A stretch of 64,000 nt of DNA, taken from the IMG/VR virus record IMGVR_UViG_3300047472_000449; one strand, written 5' to 3'. This document shows positions 1 through 8,784 of this stretch, in pieces. A program made the translations under genes and the position numbers. Position 1 is the first letter of the stretch. Every line of letters begins with the position of its first letter. The stretch is from a virus. The notes below the pieces were generated by a model, which was not told the DNA's origin, ran no database searches, and was given only the letters and a program-made list of their open reading frames with translations.

Positions 1-15
1 CCCATGACAAGGTGC

Positions 16-237
16 TCAAGGTGGCTTTTGACCAAGTTTTCGACCATTTTTGAGTAATGCTCGATGTCCGAAGGGTGCGTGATCGCACGCTTGGTCACCA
101 CACCAATAACGCCATGGTGTTCCACCGGCTCGGGCGCAGAACTTTTTGCAGTCAAAAGCTTGATCATGTGTTCTTCCTATAGCCGCGACACGGCCTATTA
201 AGGTGAACAGTTTAGCGATCCCAACAGCAATTGTCAA
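16..237 (-). CDS. hypothetical protein
   Basis: 73-aa ORF following 262..699 on the same strand. Confidence 0.35.
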   Translation of the reverse strand: MTIAVGIAKLFTLIGRVAAIGRTHDQAFDCKKFCARAGGTPWRYWCGDQACDHAPFGHRALLKNGRKLGQKPP

Positions 238-261
238 TGGTATTGACCGCCATTCAATTCA

Positions 262-699
262 TCAAGGCTCGTTGAGATAGGTCTCACCCGTGTAATGCGC
301 CAAGCTCTCTGGAAAATGCTCGGCAATTGCCGTGGCCTTGCGCAACAAGACAGCCATGGCCAATTGAATGACCTTGGCGCCTTCAATGCTGTCTTCATGG
401 TCGCGCAGTGAGCCGCAATGCATGTTGGCAATGCCTTCTTTTGTGGCGTCCACTTGAAAGATGAATGAGCAAAAATTCCAGTTATCGACGCCGTTGTGCA
501 GAGCAATGGCGGTCAGTTCAATGGCATTCCGCGCACTTGCCGGTTTCACCCGGATGCGAAATGGAACGGGGGCGTCCAGGCACTCGCTCTGCAAGTCGAG
601 CAAGTCTTTTTTGCTCAGTGGCTTGACCAGATTAACGTGCTCCAGCGCCAGCTCGATACCGGGCAGGGCCACCAGAGAGGGTTTGGTGTGTTCGAGCAT
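262..699 (-). CDS. hypothetical protein
   Basis: 145-aa ORF, GGAA RBS, protein-like composition. Confidence 0.7.
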   Translation of the reverse strand: MLEHTKPSLVALPGIELALEHVNLVKPLSKKDLLDLQSECLDAPVPFRIRVKPASARNAIELTAIALHNGVDNWNFCSFIFQVDATKEGIANMHCGSLRDHEDSIEGAKVIQLAMAVLLRKATAIAEHFPESLAHYTGETYLNEP

Positions 700-809
700 G
701 ACGGCGTTTCCTTGTTCAATTAAGGTTGAATTCGCCGACGCGAAACAACACTCTTGTATTGCGAAAGTCCGCCCGATGGCGGGCCGATCTGATGGTGCAG
801 CGGACGTTT

Positions 810-1037
810 TTACGTCGCTGGTCTGTCAGTCAATATCAGTTGGGCGCTCGCAATCTTGACCAAGCCTTCTGGCCTCTGACAAAGACTGTCGAAGTCACTG
901 CGCTTGGACGACTTAGGGAGACTCTCAGGAGCCCAGCCGCGCCTGCCCCATCGCAGTTCAATCGGCTTTTTTTGCAGGCGCTTCAGGATTGCTTTTTCCC
1001 CCTCGGTAAGCGGAGCAGCGTCGCCATTGCTGGTCAT
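810..1037 (-). CDS. hypothetical protein
   Basis: 75-aa ORF with AGGA RBS downstream of the promoter at 1131-1170. Confidence 0.6.
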   Translation of the reverse strand: MTSNGDAAPLTEGEKAILKRLQKKPIELRWGRRGWAPESLPKSSKRSDFDSLCQRPEGLVKIASAQLILTDRPAT

Positions 1038-1130
1038 GATTTTTTTCCTATATCGGATTCTTCAGGGGTGAGCCTGATCGATACTGATGGTAGAGAGGGC
1101 CTTATTGCCCCATACTTATTTTTCAAATTA

Positions 1131-1170
1131 AGTATAGCGGCAGCACAGGCCATTGTCAATATCATTTACA
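1131..1170 (-). promoter_or_regulatory. sigma70 promoter with palindromic -35 operator
   Basis: TATACT/17 bp/TTGACA; plus strand TGTCAAT-ATC-ATTTACA. Confidence 0.75.
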
Positions 1171-1194
1171 TCTGCGACCGCTTCACTCAACAGA

Positions 1195-1590
1195 TCAACC
1201 GTGAGCGCGCCGGATGCCGACAATGGCCGGTAGAGGCTCTCCCCGTACCATCGCAATGGCTGTCCGGTGATAACCGTCCCACAGGGCTGAGCGGCCCTCG
1301 CAGCGCCCCACTATCACCGGGTCATTGAAGCCATCACGCAGCATGCCTTCATAATTTTCGGCTCGCCGATCACCATCGGCGCGAAACGAGGCAATTTCTT
1401 GCTGAAGCCAACCCCCAGCCTCTTCGACGCTGGAGAAAGTGCCCAGCGTGGTTGGGTTGAGTTCCTGGAAGTTCCAGTCTGCCTCGCGTGCATCGAAAAA
1501 GCAGTCTGAACCATCGTCATGATCATGACGGTACAGCGCCGCTTCTGCACGCAAGTAGCTGGAGGGCATGGATGACCAATCTATCGGCAT
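1195..1590 (-). CDS. ParB/Sulfiredoxin-like domain protein
   Basis: DPVIV...LWDGYHRTAIA...G..LPAIV matches the ParB/Srx DGxHR motif. Confidence 0.7.
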   Translation of the reverse strand: MPIDWSSMPSSYLRAEAALYRHDHDDGSDCFFDAREADWNFQELNPTTLGTFSSVEEAGGWLQQEIASFRADGDRRAENYEGMLRDGFNDPVIVGRCEGRSALWDGYHRTAIAMVRGEPLPAIVGIRRAHG

Positions 1591-1593
1591 GGC

Positions 1594-1857
1594 TTAGGCT
1601 TCTTCATCATCAATGAGGCCGTGGCGCACGAAGATTTCGCGAGCCTCGGGGATGTCGTGCAGGCAATTGCCCTGGGGGTCGCCGCGCTGGAAATACAGCT
1701 CGATCAACTCACAGAGGTGAAACGTGGCCTCTTTGGTGGTGGGCCGAGAGAGCATCTTGTCTGCGATGCTCTCCAGCATCTCACCCGAATCGTGGGGCTC
1801 ACCGACTGCCAAGGCGCGGAGCGCCCGGTAATCGGCCAGAGCCTGTGGATGATTCAT
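1594..1857 (-). CDS. hypothetical protein
   Basis: ATGA overlap with the stop of 1854..2573. Confidence 0.7.
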   Translation of the reverse strand: MNHPQALADYRALRALAVGEPHDSGEMLESIADKMLSRPTTKEATFHLCELIELYFQRGDPQGNCLHDIPEAREIFVRHGLIDDEEA

Positions 1858-2573
1858 TGCGTCGCCTGTGCGCGAGCCAGGGCATTGAGACAGTGAAGAC
1901 AAGTCACGTCCTTGGGGTTGATCGTGGTTTTGCGCATGAAGCCGCAGAGCGCTCCGCTTAGGCCGTCTTTGGCGTACGTGGCCTTTACGTGACCCGGCAT
2001 ATCTTTCTCGGTGCTGATCTCGAAAAGGTGAACCTTGGTTGCACGCTTGCGAGGCTTTTGGGCTTCAGGCTTTTTGACTTCTGGCTTTTTCGGCGGTGTG
2101 TAGATGAAATCGAAGCGGAAGATCTCGAAACCACTGGAGTGGTTGCAGCAATCGACGATCTTGACCAGCTCCAGATTTTCATCCCGGAAGTACGCTGCCA
2201 GAAACTTTTCGATCAGGTGCGGTCTGCCGTGACGCATGCCGCCCGATCCGATAGGCAGTTGCTCATTGAAGCAGGCGTCGAAGTGATCGCGATCCCAGCC
2301 GCCCATGCGATCTGAATAGGCTGTGTGGAATTGCTTGCCCTCCTCCAGCTTAATGGAGAATGGCTTGGTTTGGCCCCGGTACTTACCGTTGATCCAGCGC
2401 ACGTAGTCGCTGAAGCTGTAGGGGTAATCGCGCTTGGTGCGCTCAATCTTGTTGCCCTCAACATCGCGATGTTCAGAGCCAAACCGGCTGCTAAAACCAC
2501 CGTCATCACCGCCGAAGAAGATATCTCCGTCCACACCAATGTCATTGCCATAGTAAATTCGATGGTTGTTCAT
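1854..2573 (-). CDS. hypothetical phage/plasmid protein
   Basis: 239-aa ORF directly downstream of the promoter at 2606-2645. Confidence 0.8.
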   Translation of the reverse strand: MNNHRIYYGNDIGVDGDIFFGGDDGGFSSRFGSEHRDVEGNKIERTKRDYPYSFSDYVRWINGKYRGQTKPFSIKLEEGKQFHTAYSDRMGGWDRDHFDACFNEQLPIGSGGMRHGRPHLIEKFLAAYFRDENLELVKIVDCCNHSSGFEIFRFDFIYTPPKKPEVKKPEAQKPRKRATKVHLFEISTEKDMPGHVKATYAKDGLSGALCGFMRKTTINPKDVTCLHCLNALARAQATQ

Positions 2574-2605
2574 GCTTGGTGTCCGAACTTGAAGAATAGG
2601 ACTAA

Positions 2606-2645
2606 ATTATAGGCAGGAGTTACGCAAATGTCAACCATAATGACA
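2606..2645 (-). promoter_or_regulatory. sigma70 promoter with palindromic -35 operator
   Basis: TATAAT/17/TTGACA; TGTCAAC-CAT-AATGACA. Confidence 0.8.
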
Positions 2646-2677
2646 GCCTGTTTGTGCTGACTTTATTGTTTTTTACA

Positions 2678-2706
2678 TTGACATTTCTGTGATTCTTGGT
2701 TAAAAT
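2678..2706 (+). promoter_or_regulatory. sigma70 promoter (divergent partner)
   Basis: TTGACA-17-TAAAAT. Confidence 0.7.
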
Positions 2707-2749
2707 AATCCCATCAAAACGATTGATCCGAATCACTGGGGATGAACAG

Positions 2750-3187
2750 ATGACCACTCAAGCCGAACTGAACTTTGCTCTTCAATCCTCGGAGCATGGC
2801 TTCGATGATTACGATGTGGTCGGTCACACCACCCTGCGCCGTGTGTGCGTGCCGCAAGGCATTCGTAAGGGCGATATCTTCAACGTCTATTTCGGCATCA
2901 GCAGCAAGGGTGGCGCTAAGTGGCTGGGCAGCCTGGAAGCGTCGTTGAACGCCTGGATTGCTGAAAACATAGGCACCGTGGGTGGCCACTACGTCCTCAA
3001 CGAGCACACCCTCTGCTACTCCCAAGTTGGGACGAGCTTCTACGGTGTGTTGGCAGGCAAGCCTCAGCGTGGTGGCCACGACTGGAAAAACGGCCCTATC
3101 TCCGTGGTCAGCACTGACACGCTGCGCCCGGCTACCCTGGCTGACTTCGATTTCTACCGCGTGTGCCCTAAAGGCCACATTGCCTAA
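2750..3187 (+). CDS. hypothetical protein
   Basis: ORF after promoter with GGGGA RBS; start refined to ATG 2750. Confidence 0.75.
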   Translation: MTTQAELNFALQSSEHGFDDYDVVGHTTLRRVCVPQGIRKGDIFNVYFGISSKGGAKWLGSLEASLNAWIAENIGTVGGHYVLNEHTLCYSQVGTSFYGVLAGKPQRGGHDWKNGPISVVSTDTLRPATLADFDFYRVCPKGHIA

Positions 3188-3264
3188 GCGGCCATTGGCC
3201 CCGGTTCGACGGGGCCTTGGCCAAAAATACCTCAACCTTCCGCTAAACAGAAAAGGATCTCGCT

Positions 3265-3486
3265 GTGCCAAAAGTCAATGGAACCAGAAAACAGCGTGCG
3301 AAGGAACTACTTGCCACGGCAACCCGTGGTCCGTCGATTAGTCTTACGTTTGTTGCTGCTGGCCTGTCGGACGAGCAGAAAAAGGTACTGGAGGCCGAGA
3401 TAGCAGAAGGTTATCGCCTTTGGTCTCAAACTTGGCTGCTGCCTGAACTGAAGCGTCTGGTGCCCGAGTTGCGCGAAGACAAGTAG
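3265..3486 (+). CDS. hypothetical protein
   Basis: GTG start with AAGGA RBS, operon context. Confidence 0.65.
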   Translation: MPKVNGTRKQRAKELLATATRGPSISLTFVAAGLSDEQKKVLEAEIAEGYRLWSQTWLLPELKRLVPELREDK

Positions 3487-3499
3487 TCGAGGAGATCCG

Positions 3500-3766
3500 G
3501 TGAACAGATTTCGCAGTAAGCCGCTTCGCGATCAATATGCAGCGATGATCGCTGCCTACCGCAGCCGTCATAACGGCCTGTTCACCGATGCTGGCGAGCC
3601 TCACCGTGCGAGTGGACTTGCACTGGCGTTCTGGAACGGATTTAACGGCGTTTCGATGGGGACAGGCTTCAGCACCAGGGCTGAGCGTAGTTCGCCTGCC
3701 TATGCTTGCTGGAGAGCTGGGCAAGACTGCAAAAAATCAATCAGCGTGGCTCAGGCTACGAGTTAG
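3500..3766 (+). CDS. hypothetical protein
   Basis: GTG start with GAGGAG RBS. Confidence 0.7.
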   Translation: MNRFRSKPLRDQYAAMIAAYRSRHNGLFTDAGEPHRASGLALAFWNGFNGVSMGTGFSTRAERSSPAYACWRAGQDCKKSISVAQATS

Positions 3767-3791
3767 AAAAATTGCCCTGGAGGGCCTGACG

Positions 3792-4043
3792 ATGCATCAA
3801 CCCATGCAAGGCGCACACGCGCAACGACCATCTGAGAACGTCAAGCCTGATCGTGGTTGGCATCTGCGCATGGCTCGAAGTGTGAGCAAGGCCCATTACT
3901 TTGTTGATGGCCGTTCGTTGTGCGGTCGTCAGGTGATCGGCAGCAATGTAAGGCTCGATGATTCCATGCACCACAACACCCACAACTGCGAAGTGTGCAT
4001 GAAGCGTCGAGACAAACTGTTTGGCGCCAGCGAGTCGCTTTAA
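3792..4043 (+). CDS. small Cys-motif protein
   Basis: GGAGGG RBS; HYF...SLCG...CEVC. Confidence 0.65.
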   Translation: MHQPMQGAHAQRPSENVKPDRGWHLRMARSVSKAHYFVDGRSLCGRQVIGSNVRLDDSMHHNTHNCEVCMKRRDKLFGASESL

Positions 4044-4110
4044 ACAAGCGAGCCGATTTGGGATAATCGCTGCCGAATTCGGCACACGGTAAACGAAAGG
4101 TAAGAGAGCG

Positions 4111-4314
4111 ATGGCCGAGCAAAACGATTTTCCAGGGAAAAGCAAAGCATGGCTCAAAGGCCGTGGGGATGCGATTGTCCATGGTGACGACGTTTGGGAC
4201 ATGGCCAACCCACCCTACTTTGTGGGCTCGCAGGAGGCTTTCGATTGGCATTCTGGGGCTGAGGCTGGGCTTGACGAACTCGATGCTGAGCAACGCGCTG
4301 AGGGCGCCGAGTAA
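4111..4314 (+). CDS. small protein, possible RMF-like motif
   Basis: A..KG..A...G....NPPY......W..G pattern; followed by terminator. Confidence 0.65.
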   Translation: MAEQNDFPGKSKAWLKGRGDAIVHGDDVWDMANPPYFVGSQEAFDWHSGAEAGLDELDAEQRAEGAE

Positions 4315-4351
4315 CGTGACCGGTGCTCTGTCGTGCAGTGCGCATAAAAAC

Positions 4352-4379
4352 AAAAGCCCTGATCAGTCAGGGCTTTTTT
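4352..4379. terminator. bidirectional intrinsic terminator
   Basis: AAAAGCCCTGA-TCAG-TCAGGGCTTTTTT between convergent genes. Confidence 0.8.
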
Positions 4380-4401
4380 GTGGCGTTTGGAAAGATGGTG
4401 A

Positions 4402-4776
4402 TCAGCAGTAATAGCGCTCGTTGGTCGGCACCACTTCCTGCTCGAAATGCGCCACCATTTTCTGATAGTACTCCGCACGGTGACGTGCTTCTTTCAGAAT
4501 GTCGGCTCGCATTTTCTCGGTAGCGGCAGGAATGTCTTTCTCAAGGCAGGCCATTGCGCGGCTGAGGTTTTCGCCTGTCGAGTTGCGGGCCATGGAGACC
4601 ATCAAGGTATTGGCGTTGGTCTTGAAACCACCACGGTACGTGTACACGCCGTTTTCCAGCTTCGCCTCGATACGTTCGATGCTGAGTACTGGCCCTGGCT
4701 CACCGCGCTTTGCTTCGACCAGCAAAAGCTCAAAGTAAACGTCAGGGTACTGTGGGTTGATGGTAATAAGACTCAT
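4402..4776 (-). CDS. hypothetical protein, paralog of 35608..36054
   Basis: shared I.P.(Y/F)PD.Y..LLL...ACLE.DIP.ATE..R.DILKEA. Confidence 0.8.
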   Translation of the reverse strand: MSLITINPQYPDVYFELLLVEAKRGEPGPVLSIERIEAKLENGVYTYRGGFKTNANTLMVSMARNSTGENLSRAMACLEKDIPAATEKMRADILKEARHRAEYYQKMVAHFEQEVVPTNERYYC

Positions 4777-4850
4777 GAGGCAATCCTTGACTATTTCTTG
4801 AAATTATATACAAAAGCCCACCGCTGAGGGTGGGCCTTTGAGATCTTGGC

Positions 4851-5231
4851 TTAGCGGAACTCTTCGGCCTTGCGCTCTTGATCTTTGAAGTACCCGGTGA
4901 CATCGAGTTCTTGATAGGCGTCCGAGCCGTAGCGTGGGTGATCTTCGCGCCAGTGCGCAAAATCAATCACACCACCCGCCTCCAGGTGAGTACGTACTGT
5001 GGCAGCAAGCTTTTCGGCTTTTCCGCTTGCTTCCTCGCGGTTGTCCGGGAAGTAGGTAAGACCTTCTTCTTCGTCATATTTCACTTCAGAGCCGTCAAAG
5101 GAGGCCGCATGAATCCATCGGCGACCATCAGCAGCCTCAAGCTGAACAAAATAGCGTTCAGAAATGGCGTCCGCGCCATCTTCTGTGATGCCGACTTTGT
5201 AAAGATCAGAAACGGCAGCGACTTCGTACAT
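4851..5231 (-). CDS. hypothetical protein
   Basis: 126-aa ORF after promoter TATACT-17-TTGACA at 5264-5293. Confidence 0.8.
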   Translation of the reverse strand: MYEVAAVSDLYKVGITEDGADAISERYFVQLEAADGRRWIHAASFDGSEVKYDEEEGLTYFPDNREEASGKAEKLAATVRTHLEAGGVIDFAHWREDHPRYGSDAYQELDVTGYFKDQERKAEEFR

Positions 5232-5374
5232 GGCTTTGAATCTCTGTTCTGTCTGAGGTGTTCAGTATACCCAGGCTCGCAACAGATGTCAATCACACAA
5301 ACACAAAATGACGGCAGGGCCGTCTCTTTGTGCGTCAGTCATCCAGTGTGGTTAAGCCAGACAGTGCTGTCTGC

Positions 5375-5974
5375 TTACTGCCCCATTTCCAGCGGGCGGG
5401 TCAGGTCTTCAACCATTATCTCCCTGTCTGCGTCATTGCTGATCAGTGTGTAACGAGGGTACTTATGATTGGTTCCGACCGCGATGGCATCATGCATTAG
5501 ATAGCCCAGGACAACGTTCATTTGGGCGGTATCGGTGGCATCAAAACCAGTTTCCTCAATCAATTTACCTACCGCTGGGTTAATCTTGTCGCCTACGATC
5601 TGGAAAATCGGGTAGTACTTTCGACCCTTGTAGGTATAAGCTAGGATCTTGCCAGCAGCCGCCTTCTTGCTCAACGCCTGCTTGGTGATGCCGAGCAGAT
5701 TGCAAACGGTTTTGGCATCAAAAACAGTGTAGTTATCCCTGATGCGACCGAACTGCTGCTCTCTGCTTTTGGCGAAAGCTATTGCATTGCGCTCTTGAAT
5801 ACTCGGCATTTTGACGGGATTGAATAGCGTGATCAGTTGAGCAAATTTTTGCGGCTCAAAATCTTCCATGGCCTTACGCACGACGGCAAGGGGCAGTGTT
5901 TCAAGCACCTCTTCCATGCGTGCGGCAAGCTGGGTAGCCACTTCTTTTTTTGGGTTGTTGAGGATTATTGTCAT
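5375..5974 (-). CDS. winged-HTH (excisionase/HTH_17-like) DNA-binding protein
   Basis: FDAKTVCNLLGITKQALSKKAAAGKILAY...KYYPIFQI; start refined to ATG 5974. Confidence 0.65.
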   Translation of the reverse strand: MTIILNNPKKEVATQLAARMEEVLETLPLAVVRKAMEDFEPQKFAQLITLFNPVKMPSIQERNAIAFAKSREQQFGRIRDNYTVFDAKTVCNLLGITKQALSKKAAAGKILAYTYKGRKYYPIFQIVGDKINPAVGKLIEETGFDATDTAQMNVVLGYLMHDAIAVGTNHKYPRYTLISNDADREIMVEDLTRPLEMGQ

Positions 5975-6034
5975 GGTGGCCACTCTGGCGGTGTTTTGTA
6001 GCAATGGATCAATAGTACTCTACCGCCGAGATCG

Positions 6035-6066
6035 TGTCAACCTGTCAACCTGTCAACTTGTCAACC
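6035..6066 (-). repeat. 4 x 8-bp direct repeat TGTCAAC(C/T) over the -35 of the HTH gene promoter
   Basis: TGTCAACC TGTCAACC TGTCAACT TGTCAACC read directly; -10 TACTAT at 6012-6017. Confidence 0.9.
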
Positions 6067-6083
6067 AAATGTTGTTTCAGTGT

Positions 6084-6500
6084 TTAAGCGCTCGCCTCAT
6101 GTCCCGTTTGGCCCATTTTACAGATGCGCTTGCAGGCCAGATAGCAACCTACCGGAATCGAGATGGCCAGAAACAAAAGCGCGAAAGCTGACGTGCCGTG
6201 CTCAAATATCTTGCGCGTGCTGCCTAGTCGATGCTCTTGCTGAAGCATGTACCCTGGCCAAATGGACTCCCCTGCTGTGTCAATCGGCAGGTTTAGAAGC
6301 TCGATCTTTGCCATTCCCAGCGTCATAATGAGTGCATGAAGCAAAGAAAAAAGCACCCCCATGCCGAGTCCCAACGCAAGCCCCATAAGGACGCTTATAG
6401 CCATATGGCGAGCACCACCGTTGCGCAAATAGCTGGACAGTGACTCAGAAATGGTTTTCATGCCTTTTGTGAATGATGCTGTGCTGCAATGAGTATTCAT
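6084..6500 (-). CDS. putative membrane protein
   Basis: two hydrophobic segments. Confidence 0.5.
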   Translation of the reverse strand: MNTHCSTASFTKGMKTISESLSSYLRNGGARHMAISVLMGLALGLGMGVLFSLLHALIMTLGMAKIELLNLPIDTAGESIWPGYMLQQEHRLGSTRKIFEHGTSAFALLFLAISIPVGCYLACKRICKMGQTGHEASA

Positions 6501-6663
6501 TTGATCACCATGCGTATACGTGAAAGTGCTATTTGCCATCTTAACGATGGTTTATATAATAATCAATGAATAGGTAGCCACCAATCGTCCGGACTCATTG
6601 TGTCTTGTTTTCCAGATGCAAAAAAGGCGCTCTTGGCGCCTCATTTCTTGTTGGCTTGGAATA

Positions 6664-7134
6664 TCATACCTTGGCGTGCCGGGCCTCGATGGCTTTCTCA
6701 AATGCCTCAAACGCCTCTTTGCGGGAGGTGAGGCCTTTATCAATCATCTCGATGTCGGCATTGAAGATGACGAACCACTCGCCGTTGCAGTTGGCGTCAA
6801 TGATGCCGCCGAGGAACGGGTCTGGATTGGTGGCAAGATTGGTGCCTGGGCTTGTCCAGCCATACGGGATAACGAAACTGTCATCGGCCACCACGGCGCT
6901 CAGCGCGGCATCGAAAGGCAGCTTCAGTTCCTCGATCAGATGAACAGCTTCCATGAAGATATATTCCTCCTCGCAGCTGCACTCGAACTCGATGTAATCC
7001 TTGTATTCCATGTGCTCGACGCCTTCTGCCAAGTTGCGATTGACTTGGAACAGGGCGTCCGCGCTGACGCTGCGCGCAGCTTTTTTGATCGCTTTGATCT
7101 TCTGTGCCCAGGTCGGCTCTAGGGTGAATGCCAT
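6664..7134 (-). CDS. hypothetical acidic protein
   Basis: 156-aa ORF, RBS, promoter at 7179-7218. Confidence 0.8.
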   Translation of the reverse strand: MAFTLEPTWAQKIKAIKKAARSVSADALFQVNRNLAEGVEHMEYKDYIEFECSCEEEYIFMEAVHLIEELKLPFDAALSAVVADDSFVIPYGWTSPGTNLATNPDPFLGGIIDANCNGEWFVIFNADIEMIDKGLTSRKEAFEAFEKAIEARHAKV

Positions 7135-7178
7135 GGTCAGTGATTCCTGTCGAGAGAGCGTATTTGCGCGATGAAGTT

Positions 7179-7221
7179 ATTATAGCCAGCACGCCCACCA
7201 CTGTCAATACAATTGACAGTG
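7179..7221 (-). promoter_or_regulatory. sigma70 promoter with perfect palindromic operator
   Basis: TATAAT/17/TTGACA; CACTGTCAAT-ACA-ATTGACAGTG (7199-7221). Confidence 0.9.
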
Positions 7222-7257
7222 GTGTAGGACGAAACGGCATCTCGACCTTCGGTTACT

Positions 7258-7569
7258 TCACGAAGATGTCACGCCTGCCGCCTTGCAAGCTTTTTCCCAG
7301 CAACGCTGTGACATGGCACTTTTCCCAGGGTGAAGGCTTTCGGTTGTCCATTCGCCGCTTTGGGTGTCCATTGTGGCCTCAGTGCTCAGCCATGCTGGTA
7401 CGCCTGAGGAGCAGGATGGATGGATAAAACCGCCCTGCTTGATCAGATCGACTGTTTCACTGAGGGTGTGCGTCCTGTCCTGCCAGCGATAACCTCGCTC
7501 AGCGGCATCGCCCGAGGCGGCGCTTTCTTCAGTCACGATCTCATAAGTTTTGGACAGTAGTAGCGGCAC
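7258..7569 (-). CDS. hypothetical protein
   Basis: GTG start, AAGGAA RBS. Confidence 0.7.
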   Translation of the reverse strand: MPLLLSKTYEIVTEESAASGDAAERGYRWQDRTHTLSETVDLIKQGGFIHPSCSSGVPAWLSTEATMDTQSGEWTTESLHPGKSAMSQRCWEKACKAAGVTSS

Positions 7570-7623
7570 AGTCGAATTCCTTGGGTTTAGGGGCGGAGCG
7601 CCCTGTCCTGTCGTGTTGAGCTG

Positions 7624-7869
7624 TTACTTGAGAGCCATCAGCTTGGCCAACAGATCTTCGTGGTAGCTGGCCATGGTGATTTTTTCGGCTTCGCGACCGG
7701 GAATGGTGGCCTTAACGCCGTCTGTAAGCGTAAACGGTGCAGTGAAAAACTCAACGCGAGCCGCCACACACATTTCCCGTTCAGCGATTGCCGCAGCCAG
7801 ATCAGTGACTTCAAGAGTATTGCCAAACAGATCAGTGACGCTCAATTGCGGTTGGTTGCTGGTGGTCAT
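7624..7869 (-). CDS. hypothetical protein
   Basis: AAGGAA RBS, 81 aa. Confidence 0.7.
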   Translation of the reverse strand: MTTSNQPQLSVTDLFGNTLEVTDLAAAIAEREMCVAARVEFFTAPFTLTDGVKATIPGREAEKITMASYHEDLLAKLMALK

Positions 7870-7929
7870 CGCTTTTTCCTTTAACGGGTCATCCAGGACT
7901 GGAGAATATACACGGAAATCAAAAAATTC

Positions 7930-8073
7930 TTAGATCCGGTCAGCTGGCTTCTTGTGGCTTTGAGCCTTGCGGGCGCTGTTCTGGGAGAGCTGGGCAATGC
8001 ATGCAAAACATGGTTTCTGATACGGCGAATAGCCAGGATTACGGCAGATGTGCAGCTCAGCTTCGTTTTTCAT
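7930..8073 (-). CDS. small hypothetical protein (47 aa, not in ORF track)
   Basis: hand translation MKNEAELHICRNPGYSPYQKPCFACIAQ... Confidence 0.45.
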   Translation of the reverse strand: MKNEAELHICRNPGYSPYQKPCFACIAQLSQNSARKAQSHKKPADRI

Positions 8074-8103
8074 TACCTGTTTCCCTGTAGCGCAGGTGGT
8101 GTT

Positions 8104-8271
8104 TTAGTTGCCGTGCTCAGCAATCATCATCGCCTTGAAATCCTCGGCCTCTTTTTTGGAGGCAAAGTGATAAATCACGGCATCTTCGTTTGGATCAGAG
8201 GCGGTGTCCTCGACAATCCAGGGCTTTTTGCGGCTGTGGTTTTTGCGCAGATCGAAGCGTTCAGTTGCCAT
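8104..8271 (-). CDS. small hypothetical protein (55 aa, not in ORF track)
   Basis: hand translation MATERFDLRKNHSRKKPWIVED...; AAGGA RBS. Confidence 0.6.
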   Translation of the reverse strand: MATERFDLRKNHSRKKPWIVEDTASDPNEDAVIYHFASKKEAEDFKAMMIAEHGN

Positions 8272-8307
8272 GGCAAGATCCTTGTTTGGAGGGTGTGTGG
8301 AGCTGAA

Positions 8308-8709
8308 TTAGACGCTGATGCCACGGGCCTTGAGGCTGTCCAGTGTCGGATGGTAGTCGGCCTGAAAGATCTCGCCGCCGTCGCTTTCGATCACGTTCAC
8401 GTGGCCTGCCTCGACATTGATCATCAGGTCGTAGGAGAAGCGTTCGCCGGGGTTATTGATCTCACGCACCTTGCCGTTCCAGTCCACGAAATAGCCTTGG
8501 CCCTGATAGGCGCCAGCAGCACGGCATTTGTTCCAGTCGTCGGCGGTCAGTACGAAATTGCGCGTCGGTGTCCAGTTCGGACTGCGCAACAGAGTGATCA
8601 CTTGGGCGGCGGCTTCCGAGGTGCTGAACGGGCCGAAGTTTTCACTGTCACTGATGACGGAGGTGCCTTGAACGGACAAATTGCTGAAGCTGCGAAATGC
8701 ATGGTTCAT
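8308..8709 (-). CDS. hypothetical protein
   Basis: 133-aa ORF after promoter 8742-8781. Confidence 0.75.
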   Translation of the reverse strand: MNHAFRSFSNLSVQGTSVISDSENFGPFSTSEAAAQVITLLRSPNWTPTRNFVLTADDWNKCRAAGAYQGQGYFVDWNGKVREINNPGERFSYDLMINVEAGHVNVIESDGGEIFQADYHPTLDSLKARGISV

Positions 8710-8741
8710 GACGACAATTCCAATCAGTGACTTGAGGGTTC

Positions 8742-8781
8742 AGTATACCCATCAAGTCACCGACTGTCAATCACATTGTCA
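8742..8781 (-). promoter_or_regulatory. sigma70 promoter with palindromic -35 operator
   Basis: TATACT/17/TTGACA; TGTCAAT-CAC-ATTGTCA. Confidence 0.8.
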
Positions 8782-8784
8782 GAA

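Noticed and set aside
726-1328. 200-aa plus-strand ORF
   Set aside because: Spans a minus-strand promoter and two minus-strand genes; no RBS; non-protein-like composition.
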